64,000 nt of DNA from assembly GCA_963664435.2 (NCBI GenBank), contig CAXXKM010000003.1, positions 1,536,001 to 1,600,000 of the forward strand, given 5' to 3'. The notes under the pieces are model-generated. The model was not told the DNA's origin, searched no databases, and worked only from the letters and a program-made list of their open reading frames with translations. Positions 57,303 through 64,000 of the stretch are shown here, piece by piece. Position 1 is the stretch's first letter. Every line of letters starts with the position of its first letter. This DNA comes from Longimicrobiales bacterium (GTDB taxonomy: Bacteria > Gemmatimonadota > Gemmatimonadetes > Longimicrobiales > Gaopeijiaceae). The position numbers and the translations under genes are program-made.

Positions 57303-60169
57303 GCTACCGGTCCTTGCGGCCGCGCTCCCTCCGTCTCGGCCTCCTCCTGCTACTCGGCGGAGGTCTCCCGCCCGCTCCGGTCCCGGCACAGACGGAAACC
57401 GGGCTGGAAGGCTTCGTGACCGACCGGGACACCACCCGGCCCATCGCCGGCGCCGCGGTGTCGATCGAGGGACTAGACCTGGGCGTGGTCACGGACTCGG
57501 CCGGGCGCTATCGGCTGCGGGACATCCCGCCGGGGCCCCAGGTCCTCTCCGTCGAGATGATCGGATACGCCGCGGCCCGCGTCCGGCTCGCCATGCCCAC
57601 GGCCGGGGTCATGGAGCTCGATGTGGCGCTCGCCACGTCTCCGCTTCGGCTTGAGGGCGTCACGGTCACGGCCGATCCCGTGTCCAGGGCCCGCGGTGAG
57701 CTGGGCACCGCGAGCGTGATCGGACAGGACGCCATCGACGTTCAAACCGCCACCTCGCTGTCCGGGCTCCTGGAGCTGGTACCCGGGGCCGTATTGACGC
57801 CGCCGGGGCTGGACGATGTCGAACAGATCTCGCTCCGCACCGTACCGACCAGCTCCGTGCTGAGCCTCGTGGGAAGCGGCCCGTCCCCCGCCGAGCTCGC
57901 GTCGTTCGGCACGCTCATCGTGATGGACGGCGTTCCCATCTCGAACAATGCGAACCTGCAGAGCCTGGGGCCGCGCGGAGAGCTGCGCATCCCCACGAGC
58001 GCGGGGGGAGGGATCGACCTGAGGCGCATCCCCGCGACGACGCTCGAGCGCGTTGAGGTGATCCGCGGCGTGCCGTCGGTGCGCTTCGGCGACCTGAGCC
58101 ACGGCGTCATCGTGGTGGACACGCGCGCGGGAGCCTTCGAGCCACGTCTGGAGAGCATCTTCGATCCCTTCACTGCGGGCGGGAGCTTCGTTGGCGGGTG
58201 GAGCCTCGCGGCCGACGGCGCGATGTCGGGCACGCTGGACGTCACCGGCACGCGCCCGAGCCCCGGCTTCAACGACAACGAGTCGGTGCGGTTCTCGAGC
58301 CAGTTCTCGCACAGGGCGGACGTGGGCGAGGCGTTCGCTACCGGCGCGGGGAGCGAGCCCATCCCCAGGCTCCGCCTCGACACCCGCCTGGACCTCTTTC
58401 AGGTCGTCCACGACAACCCGGAGGACTCGGTGGTGTCGCCGGGGGCTTCGTCCTGGAGCCGCGACCGGGGCCTGCGCATCTCCGAACGCGCCAGGCTCAG
58501 CGTCTCACCCGCGTTCCTGCTCGAGTTCACGGGCGCGCTGGATCTCACGCAACAGCGCTCGTTCGTGGAGGCTCCTCGCGCGCGCGGCGCGATGCCCTTT
58601 ACCGACCGGGTGACCGCGGGCCGCTCCATCGGACGGTTCATCGGCGGAACCTACCAGAGCCGCGTGGCCATCGACGGCGATGTCCGCCAGGTCTTCACGC
58701 GCCTCGAAGCCGACCGGCGGACGAGCTGGCTCGGCCTCGATCACCGTGTCCGCGCCGGGACCGTCCTGCGGCGCGAGTGGAACGCCGGGCCCGGCTACCA
58801 GTTCGACATCGAGTTTCCCCCGCAGATGAGCTTCAACGGCGTCCAAGGCTTCGACCGACCGCGGCGCTTCGACGACCTCGGCGCGGTGGCGGCAAGCGCC
58901 GTCTACCTGGACGATCGTGTCGTGGGCGCGCTCGGTGGACGGTGGAGCTACGACGTGCAGGCGGGCCTCCGGCTGGACCTGCTGCACGACGCGGGGCACT
59001 GGGCCTCCGGCGTGCGGGACGGCGTGCTCCAGCCGCGGCTGAACGCGCAGCTCTCGCCGCGGCCGTGGCTGCGCCTGCGGGCCGGAGTCGGCCGGACCGC
59101 CAAGCAGCCGTCTCTCGGGCAACTCAGCCCCGCGCGGCAGTTCTACGACGTTGTGAACGTGAACTGGTTCGCGCCCGATCCCGCGGAGCGGCTGGCGGTC
59201 CTGACCACCTTCATTCAGAACCCGGACAACCCGGCCCTGGGATTCTCCCGCACGACGAAGGCGGAAGCCGGGATCGAGGTGGCTCCCGCGCGCGATCTGT
59301 CCGTGAGCGTGATCGCGTTTCGGGACCGGACCGAGGGCGGAGTGGGGATCCGGTCCACTCCGGCCGTCATCTTTCGTGACCGGTACGAGTTGTCGGATTC
59401 GACGATCGGCACCGGCGCTCGTCCGGAGATTCGCGACCCCCCGATGGCGAGCGACTCCACTCCGGTCATCCTGGATATCCCGGACAACAACCTCACGCTG
59501 GCGGCGAGGGGCCTCGAGCTGACGGCGCGGCTCCCACAGCTGCGTCCCCTGCGCACGGCTCTCGAAGTACAGGGCGCGCTCATCGAGACCGAATTGCTGA
59601 AGGACGGCCTCGACTTCGGCACGCGCTTCGGTTCGTTCCAGATGGACGAGCGCGTCGGACGGGCGCCGTTCTGGGAGAGCGTGAGACAGACCGGCGTGCG
59701 CGCGATGCTGACCTACCGGCTCGTGCACCACCAGCCGGATCTCGGACTCGTGATTACGGGGACCGTGCAGCACTTCGCGTACGAGAAGGTCGAGAATGTC
59801 GCACAGACGGACACGCTGGCGTGGGTGGGATACATCACCCGCGGCGGCGACATGGTCCGGGTGCCGGAGGCAGACCGGGGCCGACCCGGGTTCGCGGACC
59901 TCCGCGAGCCGCGCACCAGCGTCTTCACGCGTCCCGACGAGATCGCACCGGACTGGTTCCTGAACCTCCAGGTCACCCTGGATCTCCCCTTCGATGGCCG
60001 ACTTTCGCTCTGGGCCTTCAACGCGCTGGACCGGCCGGGGACGCGCGGGAACGAAGACCAGAGCCCACGCTTCAACAGGGGACTTCGCTTCGGCCTGGAG
60101 GGCGCGTTCAGGCTGGGCTGGCTCCTGGGACCAGCCCGGGATCCTGCCGGCAGTGAGGTGAACCCGTGA
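57299..60169 (+). CDS. TonB-dependent receptor (type associated with DUF4876)
   Basis: Signal peptide; CarboxypepD-reg-like domain; MDGVPISNNANLQ..GIDLRRIP..ERVEVIRGVPSVRFGDL plug; barrel strands. Confidence 0.9.
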   Translation: MSYRSLRPRSLRLGLLLLLGGGLPPAPVPAQTETGLEGFVTDRDTTRPIAGAAVSIEGLDLGVVTDSAGRYRLRDIPPGPQVLSVEMIGYAAARVRLAMPTAGVMELDVALATSPLRLEGVTVTADPVSRARGELGTASVIGQDAIDVQTATSLSGLLELVPGAVLTPPGLDDVEQISLRTVPTSSVLSLVGSGPSPAELASFGTLIVMDGVPISNNANLQSLGPRGELRIPTSAGGGIDLRRIPATTLERVEVIRGVPSVRFGDLSHGVIVVDTRAGAFEPRLESIFDPFTAGGSFVGGWSLAADGAMSGTLDVTGTRPSPGFNDNESVRFSSQFSHRADVGEAFATGAGSEPIPRLRLDTRLDLFQVVHDNPEDSVVSPGASSWSRDRGLRISERARLSVSPAFLLEFTGALDLTQQRSFVEAPRARGAMPFTDRVTAGRSIGRFIGGTYQSRVAIDGDVRQVFTRLEADRRTSWLGLDHRVRAGTVLRREWNAGPGYQFDIEFPPQMSFNGVQGFDRPRRFDDLGAVAASAVYLDDRVVGALGGRWSYDVQAGLRLDLLHDAGHWASGVRDGVLQPRLNAQLSPRPWLRLRAGVGRTAKQPSLGQLSPARQFYDVVNVNWFAPDPAERLAVLTTFIQNPDNPALGFSRTTKAEAGIEVAPARDLSVSVIAFRDRTEGGVGIRSTPAVIFRDRYELSDSTIGTGARPEIRDPPMASDSTPVILDIPDNNLTLAARGLELTARLPQLRPLRTALEVQGALIETELLKDGLDFGTRFGSFQMDERVGRAPFWESVRQTGVRAMLTYRLVHHQPDLGLVITGTVQHFAYEKVENVAQTDTLAWVGYITRGGDMVRVPEADRGRPGFADLREPRTSVFTRPDEIAPDWFLNLQVTLDLPFDGRLSLWAFNALDRPGTRGNEDQSPRFNRGLRFGLEGAFRLGWLLGPARDPAGSEVNP

Positions 60170-61842
60170 CCTCGAAGTGCAGGGTGCGCTCATCGAGACC
60201 GAATTGCTGGCGGCTCGACGGAGGTCGCTTCGCAACCGCCGTGGTCGTGATGGTTCTCGCCGCGCCGCAGCCTGCCGCCGCGCAATCGGCGGACCCGCTC
60301 ACGCCCGTCCGGTCGCCGGAGACTCCTGGCTGGATGACGGCGTGGAGCCCGCTTGCGCGATTGGGCACATGGGAGCGCGAAGTACCGTCCGCGCCCCCGT
60401 CGCTCCGGCTCCTCGACGCTCCCGCCCCGCGCGTCGGGCAGCTTTGGAGCACGGGGACGCCCGCGGCGCTGGCTCGTGAGGCGGAGGACGCCTGGGGCGA
60501 GATCCGGTTCCGGGGCGGCGGCGACGTGGGAGCGTACCGGAGGCCTCTCGACGCGCGCGACCACCGTACCGTCCAGTTGTCGGCGCTCCGCTGGCAACCG
60601 CTGGGTGAGCGTTCGGGGGTCGCGGGACGAGTCGTCGCCGACGAAACGATTTCGGACGTGGGCTCGCTCGCGACCTACCTGGTGCGCCACTCGCCCGATC
60701 CCTTCGTGTTCACCGACACCACGACCCCGCCGATGCGGCACGTGCGGGTACGACTGGAGAGCGCCTATGGATGGCGCGCGGGGCCCTGGGCGATCGGAGC
60801 CGGGCTCGGCCTCGAGATGAGCGACGACCGCACGCGCAAGGCTCGCGCGGCACGGCTGGGACGGGCATCGGCACCGGCGCTGAACTTCGGTTTGCTGCGC
60901 GTCCTGTCCGACGCGGGCCTCTCGGTCTCGGCCTTCGGGCGCTGGGCCGAAGCGAACGAAAACAGCCGAATCGCCTTGCCGGGCGGGATCGTAACGGAGG
61001 TCGTGGAGCTCGATGGCCTCGGGGATCCGGAGCCGCGCCGCGCGGCCGGCCCCAGCATCGTCGCGCGCAATGTCGGGCGAAACAACTATGCCGTGGGCGG
61101 GGGGCTCGCGGGGCGCCTGGGCCAGTGGCACTGGGTGATGCACGGCGAGCGGGAGCACCTCGACAACGTCCATGTAGGCTCACGCCTGACCGACGAGGTG
61201 CCGAACCGATGGGAGGCGAAGGGTTGGAGGGTAGGACTCGATGCCCTCGGCCGCGCGGGACCCCTCAGGGCGGTGGTGTCGGCCCGCTATGCCGCGCTGG
61301 ACGGCGACGCGTTCCGCCGGGACCTGGAGGGTCAGGGCGCGATATTCCGGGCGCGGCAGCGAACGTTCACGGGATCCGTGGATCTGCGGGCGGCCGCCGC
61401 CGACTCCGTCTGGATCGCGGGACTCCGGGTCTCGATCGGCCGAAAGACGCGCCTGCGCCGGGATTTCCTCGTGCAGGTCACGGAGGACATCGCCGACGCG
61501 AGCCCCGGCGTGAGCCTGGAGGCTGCCCGGTGGCTGTCGGAGCGCGTGGCCCTCTCGGTGGGAGGCAGCTTCTCGCGTTACGACCCGTCGGGCACGATTC
61601 CGGACTCCGGGGTTTTCGGTCGGATCCAGCCGGAGCTCGTGGCCCCGGAGTTGGCCCTCCACGCCACGGCGGCCCGCGCATATGCGGCATCCGCGACGGT
61701 GCTCGCACACCTGGCGCGGGACGCGACGCTCGTGGTGCGCGGCAGGTTTGACCGCTCGGGGCCGGTGGACTCAATTCCGGGCGTGGGCGCGGAGCGGTCG
61801 CTCTGGAGCATATCAGCGGGCGTGGTCTGGGTGGAAAGATGA
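60166..61842 (+). CDS. putative outer-membrane beta-barrel protein (DUF6850-like)
   Basis: GTGA overlap with the receptor gene; signal peptide; G.YRRPLD and PF.FTDTT segments; alternating beta-strand pattern; aromatic C-terminal strand. Confidence 0.6.
   Translation: MTSKCRVRSSRPNCWRLDGGRFATAVVVMVLAAPQPAAAQSADPLTPVRSPETPGWMTAWSPLARLGTWEREVPSAPPSLRLLDAPAPRVGQLWSTGTPAALAREAEDAWGEIRFRGGGDVGAYRRPLDARDHRTVQLSALRWQPLGERSGVAGRVVADETISDVGSLATYLVRHSPDPFVFTDTTTPPMRHVRVRLESAYGWRAGPWAIGAGLGLEMSDDRTRKARAARLGRASAPALNFGLLRVLSDAGLSVSAFGRWAEANENSRIALPGGIVTEVVELDGLGDPEPRRAAGPSIVARNVGRNNYAVGGGLAGRLGQWHWVMHGEREHLDNVHVGSRLTDEVPNRWEAKGWRVGLDALGRAGPLRAVVSARYAALDGDAFRRDLEGQGAIFRARQRTFTGSVDLRAAAADSVWIAGLRVSIGRKTRLRRDFLVQVTEDIADASPGVSLEAARWLSERVALSVGGSFSRYDPSGTIPDSGVFGRIQPELVAPELALHATAARAYAASATVLAHLARDATLVVRGRFDRSGPVDSIPGVGAERSLWSISAGVVWVER
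60171..60209 (+). repeat. 39-bp direct repeat of receptor-internal sequence 59561-59599
   Basis: 37/39 identical to 59561-59599. Confidence 0.9.
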
Positions 61843-61933
61843 GCGATCGCCCGCCCTACCCGCTCCAAGCCCGGGCCTGTCAGCGGTGCAACATCGCTTT
61901 CTCCCAAATGAACCACGGGATTTCGACAGTTTC

Positions 61934-63184
61934 CTAGGGTGTGCATGTCCGATCAACCAAGTACCGGTGAATGTATGGGACTTCGTATTCGTCGAACGTA
62001 GTTCCCCAGACTTCGTTGCGGCTCACGAGGGCAACAGCGAGACGAGGATGCCAAGGTCTCAGGGAACTCCGACCGTGCCCAACCTCTATTATACCCTCTC
62101 GCGTTCCATCCGAGTCGTAGATCTCCCACAGGTCAACGCGGTCTTCACGCATCTCTCGAAGCAACCAGATCGTCCCGTCCGTTCCTGCCACTACCTGCCT
62201 GACCGGGGGATGGTATTCCGGAACCCAGAAAACTCTGCGAGCCGCGCGGCGCCTACGCTCAAGTGTTGACTCCGTTAGCTGAGGGCTTCGGGGCGAGGAT
62301 GCGTAGTCTCCGGCTCGCCACCCTGCATACTCGTCCGCCAAGCGGCGTTCCATCGCGGAGGTGACTTCGCGCGGTTCGTACTCTACGGACCGATTCAGGA
62401 GCGTGTCCCCATGGATCGAAATCGCCAGAAGGTCGAAGGTCGGTGGAGTTGCGTCTTCATGCACTTTCCCGATTTGTACGACTGCGGAGCCGTCCGGCTT
62501 GAGCGCCGTCAGGGGTTCCCTAAGTCCGATAACGGGCAGGTCCCGGAGCGGGTGTCGGCCAGGAAACAGCCGAGGGTCTCTCTCATTCTCTACGGCGTTG
62601 CCCGACCAACCCATGATGGCGATCGTGTCCAGGACTTCGCCGGATCGCGAGAGACGCCGCAGCGCAAGCCCGGGGTTGGCGCCTCGCGATGAGAAGACCC
62701 GTCCGTCGGTGATGCGACGCATACCAACGAGAGTACCGTCCGCGAGCATGCGGCCTGGGGCTAGGCGCGACCCTTCCTCGGGCACGCCCCTGGAGAACTG
62801 GATGACTTGCTCCGGCACTCGCTCGTTAGTGCGAAACAACTGGATCCGATTGAGGTCGGCTACCCAGAGTGTGTCTCCGATCCAGCCTACGCCTGTCACC
62901 GAAAGCTGGATATCACCCGGCCCGTTGCCCGCACGACCGATCCGACGAAGCACCTGACCATCAAGAGAGAAAACCGTAACCGCAGGCACCATTGCCTGAG
63001 CGACATAGAGCACGCTGTCGGGCCCGAGCGCAAGATCCAGGACGCTGGCAACGAGGTCCGTGCTTTCCACGGAGCCGATCCGCAGGACCTCATCTAGCCG
63101 CCATGGCGTCGGGCATGCGTCCTGTGAATGTATCGGCGGCGGGGCGCAAAGGAGCAAGACAAAGAGCAAGGTCAATAGACGCAC
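61934..63184 (-). CDS. secreted 6-bladed beta-propeller protein
   Basis: Signal peptide VRLLTLLFVLLLC; EVLRIGS, IGRAGNGPGDI, GDTLWVAD and DEYEVPYIHRY motifs; alternative start ATG 63259. Confidence 0.75.
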   Translation of the reverse strand: MRLLTLLFVLLLCAPPPIHSQDACPTPWRLDEVLRIGSVESTDLVASVLDLALGPDSVLYVAQAMVPAVTVFSLDGQVLRRIGRAGNGPGDIQLSVTGVGWIGDTLWVADLNRIQLFRTNERVPEQVIQFSRGVPEEGSRLAPGRMLADGTLVGMRRITDGRVFSSRGANPGLALRRLSRSGEVLDTIAIMGWSGNAVENERDPRLFPGRHPLRDLPVIGLREPLTALKPDGSAVVQIGKVHEDATPPTFDLLAISIHGDTLLNRSVEYEPREVTSAMERRLADEYAGWRAGDYASSPRSPQLTESTLERRRRAARRVFWVPEYHPPVRQVVAGTDGTIWLLREMREDRVDLWEIYDSDGTREGIIEVGHGRSSLRPWHPRLAVALVSRNEVWGTTFDEYEVPYIHRYLVDRTCTP

Positions 63185-63260
63185 GCCCGCCTTCGATCGC
63201 TCCTTCTCGAATTCAGCGTCCCAAAACCGGACAGAGAACTGGGGGCGTCTAGATAACATT

Positions 63261-64000
63261 TGAAGTGACCCCCAAAAGTTGGACACCTGACCTCTGGGTT
63301 GATTGTGCTGTTCAGCCCTCGCGGTAGAGTTCCTGAATGATAGCCAAGGGTGGCCGGTCTCCGAGAGAGGAGTGACGGCGCACCCGATTGTAATACCCAA
63401 TCCGATCACGGACGACTGTGTTGAGTTCCGTGAGTGATTCGGCGTCGAGGATCAGGGATCGGTTCTCGACTTTGAAGCGGCCGAAGAAGCTCTCCATCTC
63501 CGGGTTGTCTCCGGGCCCGCGAAGGGCGTAGGAGAGCCGCACACCCGCCGAGAGCAGCTGGCCGGTCCAGGCATAGCCGGTGAACACGGAATCCTGGTCC
63601 TGGTGGACGATCGTGCCCCCGGGCGGATCGCGGAAGCGGGTGACAGCCTTCTGTGCCGCACTCCACGCCGTGAGCGCCAGTTCGGAGTTCGCCCGTTTCC
63701 CGACCGCGAAGCCGGCAACGTACTTCGTCCTGTGATCGAGGAGCGGGATCAGCCATGCCTTCCGGGCCCCGCCAGCGAAGCGGAGTTCGGTGAAGTCGGT
63801 GTAGAAGACCTCGAGCGGTCCGATCTCCGCCTTCTTACGTCTTGCCACCAGGTTTGCACGCGGGCCCGCGGTGTCGATCGCCCGCCGGATCGCACTCGGT
63901 TTCGGCCGCAAGGTGCGCCGCAGCGGCAGATCCCACAGCCGGTGCAGCCGCTCCACCACCTTGCGGTTCACGCGCTGCCCGTACGTCTCCCTGAGCTCCG
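63261..64000 (-). mobile_element. IS3-family insertion sequence, right part (continues past the window)
   Basis: Terminal repeat-like TGAAGTGACCCCCAAAAGTTGGACA at 63261-63285 next to the transposase 3' end. Confidence 0.88.
63312..64000 (-). CDS. IS3-family transposase OrfB (rve integrase core), 5' part outside the window
   Basis: NRKVVERL, TDFT / HQDQ / DNPEMESFF DDE triad, YYNRVRRHSSLG. Confidence 0.92.
   Translation of the reverse strand, partial: ELRETYGQRVNRKVVERLHRLWDLPLRRTLRPKPSAIRRAIDTAGPRANLVARRKKAEIGPLEVFYTDFTELRFAGGARKAWLIPLLDHRTKYVAGFAVGKRANSELALTAWSAAQKAVTRFRDPPGGTIVHQDQDSVFTGYAWTGQLLSAGVRLSYALRGPGDNPEMESFFGRFKVENRSLILDAESLTELNTVVRDRIGYYNRVRRHSSLGDRPPLAIIQELYREG

Noticed and set aside
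59561..60209. 39-bp repeat pair as a diversity-generating retroelement TR/VR
   Set aside because: Too short, the mismatches are not adenine-specific, and there is no reverse transcriptase in the window.

Overview
GC-rich bacterial chromosome segment. Gene content and protein style (SusC/SusD-like pair, carboxypeptidase-regulatory/plug proteins, 6-bladed propellers, plant/cyanobacterial-type IspH N-terminus) suggest Gemmatimonadota; this is an inference. From left to right: (1) a lower-GC accessory remnant with a GT9 glycosyltransferase, an atypical Ser/Thr kinase and a frameshifted relaxase; (2) metabolic and transport genes: MpaB-like oxygenase, an orphan RND pump preceded by an ispH 5' fragment, a DAACS symporter, DinB, a Tat-exported xanthine-dehydrogenase-family trio, an NHL protein, VapBC, amidohydrolase, desaturase, amidase and M23 peptidase; (3) tRNA-Lys and the core ffh-rpsP-rimM-trmD-rplS-rnhB region, split between trmD and rplS by a SusC/SusD cassette; (4) purA, a DHDPS-family gene, trpS, hsp20 with a sigma54 promoter plus four repeated dyad sites, and thrA; (5) a peptidoglycan-sugar salvage cluster (two NagZ-type GH3, an AmiE-like domain, NamZ, an SSS transporter and a BadF-type kinase); (6) an ECF sigma / anti-sigma / TonB receptor / DUF4876 / second beta-barrel module whose two divergent arms carry the same 29-bp promoter-like motif; (7) the right end of an IS3-family element. 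The best candidates for little-described systems are the ECF-TBDR-DUF4876-barrel module, the hsp20 sigma54 enhancer array and the SSS/kinase-based amino-sugar salvage route. Family assignments come from motif recognition by eye; no database search was run.
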